A program made the position numbers and the translations under genes. The notes under the pieces are model-generated. The model was not told the origin of the DNA and did not search any database. It saw nothing but the letters and a program-made list of their open reading frames with translations. Positions 23,848 through 32,000 of a stretch of DNA of 32,000 nt are shown in pieces; the first letter of the stretch is position 1; each line of letters opens with the position of its first letter. Origin of the DNA: Methermicoccus shengliensis DSM 18856 (GTDB lineage Archaea > Halobacteriota > Methanosarcinia > DSM-18856 > Methermicoccaceae); assembly GCF_000711905.1 (NCBI RefSeq), contig NZ_KL543983.1, forward strand, positions 140,378 through 172,377, read 5' to 3'.

Positions 23848-24345
23848 TCATCCCCTGAGCTTTGCCACGAGGTCGCACCCCTCTATGGGCTCCAGCATCA
23901 CACACAGGCTCAGTGGCTTTATCACGTTCCTTGGCGAGAGAATGTGAGCCTCCACCACCTCGAGGGTGCCGTAGTTCTCTCTGCGCAGGGAGTGCACGAA
24001 ATGACTTGCCTGCATGGTGTCTTTGAAGGCATACAGGGCGAGGTGGGTGCGCTCGCTCGTGCACAGCCTGAGAGCGGAGATTAGGTTGGGACTGTCAAAT
24101 AGCGAGAGTGCATCTTCCGTGTCCTCTATTCTCAGCACGAGCAGCACGATGCTCTCAAACCCCAGCTTCTCGAGGGAAAGATGGGGCACGTACCTGCGTA
24201 TGAGTCTGCTGTTCTCGAGCTTCTTTCTTATCTTTCCCACACCTGTGGTGGATATGCCCGTCCTGCTGCTGACCTCTGTGTCCGTGGCTCTGGAGTTTAT
24301 TATGAGCTCCTGGAGCACCTTGCGCTCGTTCTCACTCAGCATCAT
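23848..24345 (-). CDS. Lrp/AsnC-like transcriptional regulator (paralog 2)
   Basis: The N-terminal HTH is LSENERKVLQELIINSRATDTEVSSRTGISTTGVGKIRKKLENSRLIRRY, followed by an alpha/beta effector-type domain. It is clearly paralogous to the upstream gene. The ATG overlaps that gene's stop as ATGA. Confidence 0.7.
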   Translation of the reverse strand: MMLSENERKVLQELIINSRATDTEVSSRTGISTTGVGKIRKKLENSRLIRRYVPHLSLEKLGFESIVLLVLRIEDTEDALSLFDSPNLISALRLCTSERTHLALYAFKDTMQASHFVHSLRRENYGTLEVVEAHILSPRNVIKPLSLCVMLEPIEGCDLVAKLRG

Positions 24346-24845
24346 GCCTCTCCCTCCATATCAAGAGCAGATGCCACCAGACCCGATGTGTCGTTCTTGA
24401 GCACATCGTGAACGAGCAGGTGGCACACCTCTCTCACCTCGAGGTAGTCGCACAGCTCACTCTGCACGGCGCTTAGGTAGTCTTCGGCAGAGCGTATGTC
24501 GCTGAACACGTATGCCACCAGGTGGGTGGCATTTCCGCCATGAAGCCGTATGCACGCCACACAGTTGGGAGATGAGGCGAGGATATCATTAACGCGCTCG
24601 CCATGCTTCTGCCATGCTTTGCTCAGAACTCTGTAGCGCACCACTGTCAGCACGGCAAGTCCCAACGCCTCGATATCAAGCTCCAGTCCATATCTCTCTA
24701 TGAGCCCCCTTGCCTCGAGCTTCTTCCTTATCTTTCCCACACCCGTTGTGGAAAGTCCAATCTGACGGCTGATCTCAGTGTCCGTGGCCCTTCCATTGGC
24801 TAACAACAGTTTCATGACTCTTTTTTCATTGGAAGAAAGGTTCAT
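24342..24845 (-). CDS. Lrp/AsnC-like transcriptional regulator (paralog 1)
   Basis: The HTH is LSSNEKRVMKLLLANGRATDTEISRQIGLSTTGVGKIRKKLEARGLIERY. A TATA element lies ~25 nt upstream of ATG 24845. Confidence 0.7.
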   Translation of the reverse strand: MNLSSNEKRVMKLLLANGRATDTEISRQIGLSTTGVGKIRKKLEARGLIERYGLELDIEALGLAVLTVVRYRVLSKAWQKHGERVNDILASSPNCVACIRLHGGNATHLVAYVFSDIRSAEDYLSAVQSELCDYLEVREVCHLLVHDVLKNDTSGLVASALDMEGEA

Positions 24846-24864
24846 ATTCTGAACTCATGTGTAC

Positions 24865-24875
24865 TTATTTAAATA
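24865..24875. promoter_or_regulatory. Near-palindromic TATA element (TTATTTAAATA) shared by the Lrp-like operon and pspA
   Basis: It lies ~20-30 nt from ATG 24845 on the minus strand (leaderless) and ~65 nt from ATG 24939 on the plus strand. That ATG is preceded by the SD-like GGAGTGGTGAGG. Confidence 0.45.
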
Positions 24876-24938
24876 GGTATCGATGTGAGTTTCGACATCC
24901 TTTTATCGTTGCCCGTACAAGTTGGAGTGGTGAGGCGC

Positions 24939-25640
24939 ATGGGGATACTGAGCAGGATGGGGCTCATCGTGAAAACAAAGGCAAGCAAGCTTTTGGATAG
25001 GTATGAGGACCCGAGGGAAGTGCTGGACTACTCCTATGAGAAGCAGCTCGAGCTGATAAGAGAGGTTAGAAAGGGCATTGCACGGGTTGCCACGTCGAAA
25101 AAGAGGCTTGAGATCCAGAAGAGAAAGCTGGAGGCTCAGATGGAAAAGCTCGATGTACAGGCAAGAAGGGCTGTGGAGATGGGTAAGGAAGAGCTTGCAA
25201 GGGTCGCCCTCGAGAGGAAGATTGCCCTGCGCTCCCAGATATCACAGCTCGATGGAGAGATAGCCACGCTCACCGCAGAGCAGCAGAGGCTGGAGCACAC
25301 CCATGGCAAGCTTGCCCAGAAGATAGAGCTCTTCAGGGCAAGAAAGGAAGTGCTCAAGGCGAGGTACACTGCAGCCGAGGCGAAGAGCGAGGTGGCAGAA
25401 TCCCTCTCTGGCATCTCTGAGGAGATGGCGGATGTTGGGCTCGCACTGGAGAGGGCAGAGGAAAAGACAGAGCAGATGAGTGCAAGGGCAGAGGCACTGG
25501 ACGAGCTAATGGAGAGCGGCGTGCTGGATGACCTCTCCGTACGTGAGGACGACATCGATTCCAAGCTCGAGGAGCTATCGGCGAGTGCAGAGCTCGAGAG
25601 GGAGCTTGAGCGGCTAAAGTCTGAGGCTAAGGAGGATTGA
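24939..25640 (+). CDS. pspA: PspA/IM30 (Vipp1/ESCRT-III-like) family protein
   Basis: MGILSRMGLIVKTKASKLLDRYEDPREVLDYSYEKQLELIREVRKG is followed by a long coiled-coil (ARRAVEMGKEELARVALERK...). I place the start at ATG 24939 (the track start is 24885). Confidence 0.85.
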   Translation: MGILSRMGLIVKTKASKLLDRYEDPREVLDYSYEKQLELIREVRKGIARVATSKKRLEIQKRKLEAQMEKLDVQARRAVEMGKEELARVALERKIALRSQISQLDGEIATLTAEQQRLEHTHGKLAQKIELFRARKEVLKARYTAAEAKSEVAESLSGISEEMADVGLALERAEEKTEQMSARAEALDELMESGVLDDLSVREDDIDSKLEELSASAELERELERLKSEAKED

Positions 25641-25644
25641 GAGC

Positions 25645-25923
25645 ATGATAGTCAGGCTGATGGGCGAGGGGCAGTATGTGCTTCCCGATGAGGACGTCGA
25701 GGTGCTAAATGAGATAGATAACGAGATCGTGAGGGCAATAGAGCGGGGGGATGAGAAGGGTTTTGAGGAAGGGCTTGCAAGGCTCATCTTTGAGGTCAGG
25801 CACAGAGGCGAACCTCTGGCAGGGGACATTCTCCGACCCTCTGATGTGGTGGTGCCACCCGAGGACCTCACCTTCGAGGAGGCAAAGGCGATATTCACAG
25901 GTGAGGGCATTATACCTGACTGA
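25645..25923 (+). CDS. Small acidic PspA-associated protein (PspAA-like, by recollection)
   Basis: 92 aa, starting 4 nt after the pspA stop (MIVRLMGEGQYVLPDEDVEVLNEIDNEIVRAIERGDEKGFEEGL...). Its size, acidity and position match what I recall of the PspAA family next to archaeal and actinobacterial pspA genes. This was not verified. Confidence 0.5.
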   Translation: MIVRLMGEGQYVLPDEDVEVLNEIDNEIVRAIERGDEKGFEEGLARLIFEVRHRGEPLAGDILRPSDVVVPPEDLTFEEAKAIFTGEGIIPD

Positions 25924-25997
25924 AGGGCCCGACCTGAATATGCACGGCTATTGGGTACTGCGACCTCAGGCTCATCGAGGTATGAGGTGGGAATGAC

Positions 25998-27737
25998 ATG
26001 CTGCTTGTAGATGGCATCGTGAAGGAGTATGAGGTGGACTCAAGGCGTATCAGGGCTCTTGATGGTGTCAGCTTCAAGGTGGACGATGGGGAGATACTGG
26101 GCATCATAGGAAGGAGTGGAGGAGGCAAGTCAACGCTCATGCGCATTCTCAAGGGGATAGAGCCCTTTGATGGAGGAGTGATAGACCTCGACCAGCGTCA
26201 GATAACGCCCGACTCCTCCGAGGGGGAGATGAAGTGGCTTCAGTGGGCAACGGCCATCCATCTGCAGCGCTCGTTTGGACTCTGGACTGAGTCTGCGCTG
26301 GAAAATGTGATGCGCAGGCTCTATGCAAACCGATATGGGTATGAGGCACTGCCACCAAAGGACTCTGATGAGTATGAGGAGCTTGCTCGAAGTGCAGAGA
26401 AGTATCTTGCAATGGTGGGGCTCCTCCACAAGAAGCACCACATGGCGTTTGTGCTCAGCGGCGGTGAAAAGCAGCGCGTGCTGCTCGCAAGGCAGCTTGC
26501 CAAGAACCCGAGGCTTCTGTTGCTCGATGAGCCCGCCACGATGACGTGCCCCAAGACCAAGCAGGAGGTGCTCGATACCATCCTCAAGGTGAGGGAAGAG
26601 ACGCAAATCCCCATCGTGCTGGTCTCCCATCTGCCGGAGGTGATTGCCTATGTCTCGGACAGGGTGCTCTGGCTGGAAGAGGGAAAGGTGAGGGCAAAGG
26701 GAGAGCCCCTTGAGGTGCTGCGGGAGTTTCTCAGCGAGATGCCGCCCGCTGCCCCACTACCTCCCATGCGCTCAGATGAGACGCTCCTGAGGGGCAATGG
26801 GCTTGCCAAGCGCTACCGTTTGCTGAGCGCTGGCGAGGTGCTCAACATGAGGGACATCGGCATCTCTGTGAGAAGGGGTGAGATTCTTGGGATAGTGGGC
26901 AACAGCGGTGGTGGGAAGACCACGCTCATGAAGATGCTCGCTGGCGTGCTCAGCCCAGATGCGGGCAGCGTGCAGTTCAACCTCGATGGCAGGTGGGTGG
27001 AGCTCACGACGTATTCCCGCGAGAGGATGGAGGTCAGAAGAAGGCTCGGTATAATGTATCAGGAGTTTGCCCTTTCCCCTCACTCCACCCTGCTCACCCA
27101 GATTGCCTTCAGGCTTGGTGTGAAGGGGCCAAAAGCCGTGGAGGAGGCAAGAAAGAGGGCAGTGGAGATGGGGATTGGCGATATGCTGCTTGACTCCCTG
27201 TATGTGCTCATGGACATGCAGCCCGATGAGGTGCGGGAGAGGTTGAGAGAGATGGGGCTTGAGCCAGAGGTGTTTACGAGGCTCTTTCCGGCGTTTCCCG
27301 CCATCGAGGCGAGAAAGTATGCAGAGCCCGTGTTCGAGGCGCTCGGACTTTCCCTCGACATCCTCGACTGCACATCAGAGCACCTCTCTGGAGGGGAGAA
27401 GGTGAGAGCGATGCTCGCCCTTCAGATGGCATCCAACCCAGAGCTGCTCATTCTGGACGAGCCCTTTGGGGACATCGACCCCATCACCCTGCGGGAGGTT
27501 GCCAACTACATGAAGCGGCTGAATGCCGAGAGGGGAACCTCATTCATCATCGTGAGCCATCACATGGACTTCATGAAGGAGATTGCCCACAGGGTGGTAT
27601 GGATAGAGTCTGGAAGGATAAAGGCAGAGGGGGACCCTAAGGAGGTGTGTAACACATTCATAAGGAGAAGCGGTGCCAAGTATCTGGAGTGGAATATCGA
27701 GCGCATCATGGAGGGTGTGCATGGCAAGACAGCTTGA
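25998..27737 (+). CDS. atwA: Soluble ABC ATPase with two nucleotide-binding cassettes, resembling methyl-coenzyme M reductase system component A2
   Basis: Cassette 1: GIIGRSGGGKSTLM, LSGGEKQRVLLARQL, LLLLDEP. Cassette 2: GIVGNSGGGKTTLM, LSGGEKVRAMLALQM, LLILDEP. There are no transmembrane segments. The GRSG.GKS plus L.G..P..G N-terminal pattern, the ~580-aa length and the mtd context fit the A2 family, but other double-NBD ABC-F-like families are not excluded. Confidence 0.55.
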   Translation: MLLVDGIVKEYEVDSRRIRALDGVSFKVDDGEILGIIGRSGGGKSTLMRILKGIEPFDGGVIDLDQRQITPDSSEGEMKWLQWATAIHLQRSFGLWTESALENVMRRLYANRYGYEALPPKDSDEYEELARSAEKYLAMVGLLHKKHHMAFVLSGGEKQRVLLARQLAKNPRLLLLDEPATMTCPKTKQEVLDTILKVREETQIPIVLVSHLPEVIAYVSDRVLWLEEGKVRAKGEPLEVLREFLSEMPPAAPLPPMRSDETLLRGNGLAKRYRLLSAGEVLNMRDIGISVRRGEILGIVGNSGGGKTTLMKMLAGVLSPDAGSVQFNLDGRWVELTTYSRERMEVRRRLGIMYQEFALSPHSTLLTQIAFRLGVKGPKAVEEARKRAVEMGIGDMLLDSLYVLMDMQPDEVRERLREMGLEPEVFTRLFPAFPAIEARKYAEPVFEALGLSLDILDCTSEHLSGGEKVRAMLALQMASNPELLILDEPFGDIDPITLREVANYMKRLNAERGTSFIIVSHHMDFMKEIAHRVVWIESGRIKAEGDPKEVCNTFIRRSGAKYLEWNIERIMEGVHGKTA

Positions 27738-28059
27738 CGAGGACGAGATGAGGCTGCTCTCCAAGCTCATCGAGGGCTCGGTAGATGACCCAGAGGAGAA
27801 GGCAAAGAGGTATCACGCTATTCTGCCCCCTCTCGCCAACCATCACTCTGCCTCTGTACAGGACTTTGCCGAGAGGCTTTCAAGGCTGAGCGATGAGGAG
27901 CTCTCCTTTGTGGTTGGGCTGGTGCGCGAGGGCAAAGAGAGCCTGAGCAGACTCGAGCCAGAGTATGTGGAGGCGTTCCTCGACGTGGTGGATGAGAGGC
28001 TGGGAAGGGAGGCTGCGCTGGAGGTCTTCGATATATACAAGCTGGTCGAGGGACTTTAG
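27721..28059 (+). CDS. Hypothetical 112-aa helical acidic protein, tandem paralog 1
   Basis: I place the start at ATG 27721 (MARQLDEDE...), by analogy with paralog 2 (MARELSEYD...). It overlaps the ABC ATPase gene by 17 nt. Blocks shared with paralog 2 are ILPPL, LSDEEL, VR.G.ESL, LD.VD.R.GR and E.F..Y.L. Confidence 0.6.
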   Translation: MARQLDEDEMRLLSKLIEGSVDDPEEKAKRYHAILPPLANHHSASVQDFAERLSRLSDEELSFVVGLVREGKESLSRLEPEYVEAFLDVVDERLGREAALEVFDIYKLVEGL

Positions 28060-28398
28060 ATGGCAAGGGAACTCAGTGAGTACGACCTGAGCATACTCAG
28101 AAAGCTTGCGGGCGGTACCGATGTTCCCGTGTGTGAGCACGTCGGCTCTGGCTTTCGCTCCATTCTTCCCCCTTTGTGGGTGCACTACCGCCTGAGCCAC
28201 GAGCAGGTTGCGGAGGGACTGAGGTCGCTATCCGATGAGGAACTCGAGTACCTCGTAGAGCAGGTCAGGAGGGGAGAGGAGAGCCTGCACTGTGCACACC
28301 CAGACCACGTGCAAGCCCTGCTCGATGAGGTGGACAGAAGGTTTGGACGAGATGTTGCGATGGAGCTGTTCGAATTCTATAGGCTCATGAGCGGGTAG
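28060..28398 (+). CDS. Hypothetical 112-aa helical acidic protein, tandem paralog 2
   Basis: The ATG directly follows the TAG of paralog 1. It is roughly 40% identical to paralog 1 by hand alignment, with a single 1-residue offset. Confidence 0.6.
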   Translation: MARELSEYDLSILRKLAGGTDVPVCEHVGSGFRSILPPLWVHYRLSHEQVAEGLRSLSDEELEYLVEQVRRGEESLHCAHPDHVQALLDEVDRRFGRDVAMELFEFYRLMSG

Positions 28399-28454
28399 TG
28401 CCAATGTTGATATATGAGGTATAAGTAAAGTGCAAGTGGCTCAGAGGGAAGGGG

Positions 28455-30314
28455 ATGGATGCGAGGATAGCGGAGGAGCTTGCAAAGAAACAGCGCTCCA
28501 TATCGATAGCCGAGTTCTTCGAGAAGAACCGCCACATACTGGGCTTTGACTCAGCCCCCAAGGCACTGCTCAACACCGTGAAAGAGGCAGTGGACAACGC
28601 ACTGGATGCCTGCGAGGATGCGGGCGTGCTTCCCAACATTCTCGTGGAGATAAGCCAGAGGGGGGAAGGCATATACAGGGTGGTGGTGGAGGATAATGGC
28701 CCGGGCATCGTGAAGGAGCAGATACCGAGGATATTTGGAAAACTGCTGTACGGCTCGAGGTTTCATGCTCTCAGGCAGTCAAGGGGTCAGCAGGGGATTG
28801 GAATCTCTGGCGCGGTGCTGCATGCCCAGCTCTCCACTGGCACCCCCACGCGCATCATATCCAAGCCCGGGCTGAGGAGTCCAGCCCACCTCTATGAGCT
28901 GCTCATCAACACCAGCACCAACGAGCCAGAGGTGGTGAGAGATGAGGTGGTGGACTGGGACAGGCCGAGGGGAACGAGAGTGGAGCTGGAGCTTTCTGGC
29001 TCGTATGTGCGGGCAAGAAGGCAGTCGGTGTACGAGTATCTGCGCTCCACGGCAATCGTGAACCCCCATGCCAGAATTGTGCTCAGGGAGCCAGATGGCA
29101 ACGAGGTGGTGTTCGAGAGGGCGACCGATGTGATGCCCAAGCCTCCAAGCGAGATTAAGATTCATCCCCATGGCATCGAGCTTGGAACGCTGCTCAAGCT
29201 CGTACGACAGTCAGAGCATCCAACACTGGAGGCATTTCTAATAGACACCTTTTCCAGCGTGGGCAGGCTCACGGCAAAGAACATATGTGAGCTTGCTGGC
29301 ATCGAGGGCACGAGGGCGCCAAAGGGGCTTGAAAAGGAGGAGATAAAGAAGCTGTATGCTGCGATGCACAGCCCCTCGCTCAAGGTGAAGGCACCTCCCA
29401 CCGAGTGCCTCTCACCCATCACGGAGCCCCTCATAAGGGAGGGCATAAGAAAGGAATATGAGGTGGACTTCATAGCCACATCCAGCCGTCCACCCTCTGC
29501 ATACCGCGGTTTTCCCTTCCTCGTGGAGGTGGCGGTTGCCTATGGTGGCACCCTATCCTCGGATGACAGGGCCACCATCCTCAGGTTTGCCAACAGGGTG
29601 CCATTGCTGTATCAGCAAGGGGGATGTGCCCTGACGAGGGCAATCGAGGACATAAACTGGAGGCAGTACTCCCTAAGCCAGTCAGCGGGCAGTGTGCCCT
29701 CGGGTCCCGTGCTCATACTGGTGCACGTGGCAAGTGTGAACGTGCCATTCACGTCGGAGTCCAAGGAGGCGGTTGCCGAGGTGCCCGAAATCGTCTATGA
29801 GGTGAAGCAGGCGCTGAAGGATGCTGGCAGAAAGCTCAGGGCATATCTTTCAAGGCGGGAGGTGCTCGCCAAGCGCAGGCAGAAGGAGGTGATAATCAAG
29901 AAGCTGCTTCCACTGATGAGCAGAAAGGTGTCCGAGATACTGTCGAGACCAGAGCCCAGCCTTGAGCCCGTGATAGCCAAGGTGATGGGCAAGGTGCACA
30001 TCGACAGGCTGGTGGAGCCCACCCTCGGTGGCTACAAGGTGGTGATGCCCATCGTCAACCATTCGGAGCTCAAGCAGAGCTTCGTGCTGAGAGAGGTGGC
30101 AGCATATAAGGTGGAGGATGCCACTCCAGCACCAAAGAGCACCTCGGTGGATGGTGTGTATGAGCATAGGTGGAAGCTCACGCTCAGGGCTGGAGAGCGC
30201 CGCGAGCTGACATATGTGGTGAGAGATGGAGACCCCAACCACTCCGAGCGATTTGTCGAGGGGCTCGATGGGGAGATGGTCATAGGAGCAAGGGCGCTGG
30301 AGGGTGAGCAATGA
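28455..30314 (+). CDS. top6B: DNA topoisomerase VI subunit B
   Basis: GHKL/Bergerat ATPase motifs are present ([31 protein letters not shown]). The overall N-terminus ([15 protein letters not shown]) and the transducer domain are typical of Top6B. The stop overlaps the top6A start (ATGA). Confidence 0.92.
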   Translation: MDARIAEELAKKQRSISIAEFFEKNRHILGFDSAPKALLNTVKEAVDNALDACEDAGVLPNILVEISQRGEGIYRVVVEDNGPGIVKEQIPRIFGKLLYGSRFHALRQSRGQQGIGISGAVLHAQLSTGTPTRIISKPGLRSPAHLYELLINTSTNEPEVVRDEVVDWDRPRGTRVELELSGSYVRARRQSVYEYLRSTAIVNPHARIVLREPDGNEVVFERATDVMPKPPSEIKIHPHGIELGTLLKLVRQSEHPTLEAFLIDTFSSVGRLTAKNICELAGIEGTRAPKGLEKEEIKKLYAAMHSPSLKVKAPPTECLSPITEPLIREGIRKEYEVDFIATSSRPPSAYRGFPFLVEVAVAYGGTLSSDDRATILRFANRVPLLYQQGGCALTRAIEDINWRQYSLSQSAGSVPSGPVLILVHVASVNVPFTSESKEAVAEVPEIVYEVKQALKDAGRKLRAYLSRREVLAKRRQKEVIIKKLLPLMSRKVSEILSRPEPSLEPVIAKVMGKVHIDRLVEPTLGGYKVVMPIVNHSELKQSFVLREVAAYKVEDATPAPKSTSVDGVYEHRWKLTLRAGERRELTYVVRDGDPNHSERFVEGLDGEMVIGARALEGEQ

Positions 30315-31402
30315 GCACCGATGAGAGAAACAAAACCGCAGCCGAGAGGCTGATTGCCCTTGTGGAGCGCTTCTATGACCAGCTCAGCAGGGGGGAGGTG
30401 CCGAGCCTCGAGCTTCCCACACGGGTGAAGACCAACATCGAGCTCGATGAGCACTCTGATGTGTGGGTGTATGGCAGTGATACCACCTTGCGCTCGTTCA
30501 AGACCATCAGGGGAGCAAAGAGCCTGCTAAAGCTCGCATACACAGTGCACCTGCTGCTCGAGGAGCATCTGAAGAACGGCAGGAGCTCCACGCTGCGAGA
30601 GCTTTACTACATATCAGAGGGCTGGGGGCCCGCCAAGTTCAAGGAGCAGCCAGAGAGCGACAGACTGGTGGAGGACATCGAGATACTCACTGGACTTCAG
30701 CGGGAGTTTTTCCACATGCGTCCAGAGGAGGATGGCGCCTCGATGTATGGGCCCATAAGGGTGAGGGAGGCAACGAGGCGGGGCGTAAGAGATATTCACT
30801 GTCAGGATGATGTGGGAGAGGTGGGCTATCAGATTCCCTTCGATGTCGATAGGGTGGAGTTTTTGGAGTGCGATGCCAAGTTCGTGCTCGCCATCGAGAC
30901 TGGCGGCATGTATGCGAGGCTCATAGAAAATGGGTTCGATGAACAGCACGATGCACTGCTCGTGCACCTCAAGGGTCAGCCAGCCCGCAGCACCAGGAGG
31001 CTTTTGAGACGCCTCAACGATGAGCTTGGGCTGCCCATCGTGGTGTTTACCGATGGAGACCCATGGAGCTATCGGATATATGCCTCCATTGCGTATGGAG
31101 CGATAAAGAGTGCCCACCTCTCGGAGTACATGGCGACGCCTTCCGCGATGTTCCTTGGGGTGCAGCCAGAGGACATCGGTAGATATGAGCTGCCCACCGA
31201 CAGGCTCACCGAGCAGGACATAAGGGCGCTCAGAAGCGAGCTCTCTGACCCGCGGTTTGATACACCGTACTGGAAAAGACAGCTCAACCTCCAGCTCGAG
31301 GAAAACAAGAAGGCTGAGCAGCAGGCATTTGCCAAGCGTGGACTCGAGTATGTGAGCACGGAGTATCTGCCAGAGCGGCTCAGCGAGCTCGGCGTGCTCT
31401 GA
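30311..31402 (+). CDS. top6A: DNA topoisomerase VI subunit A (Spo11 family)
   Basis: The catalytic Tyr is in the LRELYY block of the winged-helix (5Y-CAP) domain. The Toprim domain is indicated by [10 protein letters not shown] and [14 protein letters not shown]. Confidence 0.92.
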   Translation: MSTDERNKTAAERLIALVERFYDQLSRGEVPSLELPTRVKTNIELDEHSDVWVYGSDTTLRSFKTIRGAKSLLKLAYTVHLLLEEHLKNGRSSTLRELYYISEGWGPAKFKEQPESDRLVEDIEILTGLQREFFHMRPEEDGASMYGPIRVREATRRGVRDIHCQDDVGEVGYQIPFDVDRVEFLECDAKFVLAIETGGMYARLIENGFDEQHDALLVHLKGQPARSTRRLLRRLNDELGLPIVVFTDGDPWSYRIYASIAYGAIKSAHLSEYMATPSAMFLGVQPEDIGRYELPTDRLTEQDIRALRSELSDPRFDTPYWKRQLNLQLEENKKAEQQAFAKRGLEYVSTEYLPERLSELGVL

Positions 31403-32000
31403 GTGCAATCTTTGCAGCGCTGGCATACAGTGCGTCCGAGTACCTTGTGAGCATCACCCCCATTATAGAGGTCAGCAGCACGAAGCCAGCGGTAAAGGAA
31501 GCGACGAAGTAGCTCATGCCCGATGCCACGGCGAGCTGGGAGAGCACGAGAGAGAACTCCCCCCTCGGCGTGATGCTCATACCAGTGGCGAGCGAAGCCC
31601 TGCCGCTAAGTCCACGCAGGTGCCCTGCCACCACGCCGCCCACGACCTTGGACAATAGCCCGATTGCCACCGAGAGGGCGAGCAGGGGTGCGAGTGCAAT
31701 GAGCATCCTCGGGTCTATTATCAGCCCAAACGAGAAGAAGAATATGGATGCAAACACGTCCTTGATGGGCAGCAGCCTTTCCTTCACCCGCTCTGCGTGC
31801 TCCGTTTCGGAGAGCAGCAGCCCGAACAGAAACGCTCCCACTGCCTCCGAGATGCCGAACCTCGAGGCGAGCACCGAAAATAGCAGTGCGGTGCCCAGCA
31901 CGGTGAGCAAGAACAGCTCCTCAGACGGGATGTCAATTGCCCTCGAGACGATGTGGCTGAACCTTCTCGAGAGGAGGGCGGTGGCTATTAGAAACAGCAT
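31380..32000 (-). CDS. Cation:proton antiporter (CPA2 / Kef-NapA type), C-terminal portion; 5' end beyond the window
   Basis: The sequence is polytopic and hydrophobic. It carries the Na+/H+ exchanger family block [47 protein letters not shown]. The frame is open to the window edge. Its 3' end overlaps top6A by 23 nt (convergent). Confidence 0.75.
   Translation of the reverse strand: MLFLIATALLSRRFSHIVSRAIDIPSEELFLLTVLGTALLFSVLASRFGISEAVGAFLFGLLLSETEHAERVKERLLPIKDVFASIFFFSFGLIIDPRMLIALAPLLALSVAIGLLSKVVGGVVAGHLRGLSGRASLATGMSITPRGEFSLVLSQLAVASGMSYFVASFTAGFVLLTSIMGVMLTRYSDALYASAAKIALRARRAR

Noticed and set aside
1-32000. Search by eye for tRNA, rRNA, CRISPR repeats, IS elements/transposases, integrases, group II intron or RNase P/SRP-like signatures in all intergenic regions
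   Set aside because: No cloverleaf-compatible T-arm/acceptor pattern was found. There is no regularly spaced 25-40-nt repeat array, no DDE/tyrosine-recombinase-like ORF, and no conserved RNase P (GGAAAGUCC) or SRP motif. The nearest resemblance, ACAAGTCCGCC at ~12940, is just the GC hairpin. A covariance-model scan would be needed for certainty.

Overview
Densely coding archaeal (euryarchaeal, methanogen or H4MPT-using type) chromosomal segment. The background is roughly 60-70% GC by spot counts of single 60-nt lines; no GC profile was computed. I support 32 protein-coding genes. Two are cut by the window edges. Two are absent from the ORF track: an edge-truncated FlaJ/TadC-like gene at 1-1825 and a 39-codon zinc-ribbon gene at 21325-21444. 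I found no rRNA, tRNA, CRISPR array, transposase or integrase. Core content, in order: a type IV pilus/archaellum-like ATPase with its membrane platform gene; a LUD/HdrD-like Fe-S oxidoreductase; GluRS; a tightly packed nnr-pth2-scpA-scpB operon; a divergent polyprenyl synthase; mtd (F420-dependent methylene-H4MPT dehydrogenase); a DJ-1/argC/B12-radical-SAM operon; a YchF-like GTPase; an archaeal XRE-type regulator; a DUF362 Fe-S protein; two tandem Lrp/AsnC regulators; pspA plus a small partner; a double-cassette ABC ATPase resembling MCR component A2, followed by two tandem 112-aa paralogs; topoisomerase VI B and A; and a CPA2 antiporter fragment. Two short low-GC islets look accessory. Islet 1 (12.8-14.6 kb) carries the branched-polyamine pair bpsA-speH, bracketed by an imperfect ~60-75-nt direct repeat that belongs to a 3-copy intergenic sequence family (third copy at 3551). 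Islet 2 (19.3-21.65 kb) carries a small wHTH regulator, a LEA_2/PEGA lipoprotein, and a translationally coupled 39-aa zinc-ribbon plus 116-aa Cys-rich gene pair. Other oddities are a perfect 9-nt x7 repeat encoding an (HEE)n tail on the pilus ATPase, an 8-nt x5 tandem repeat in a 5' region, and a 24-bp AT-rich hairpin. Caveats: all family calls come from motif recognition by eye and no database search was run. Hand-read coordinates of non-ORF motifs may be off by 1-2 nt. In printed line 13021 my letter count disagreed by 1 nt with the supplied ORF translations, and I followed the translations.
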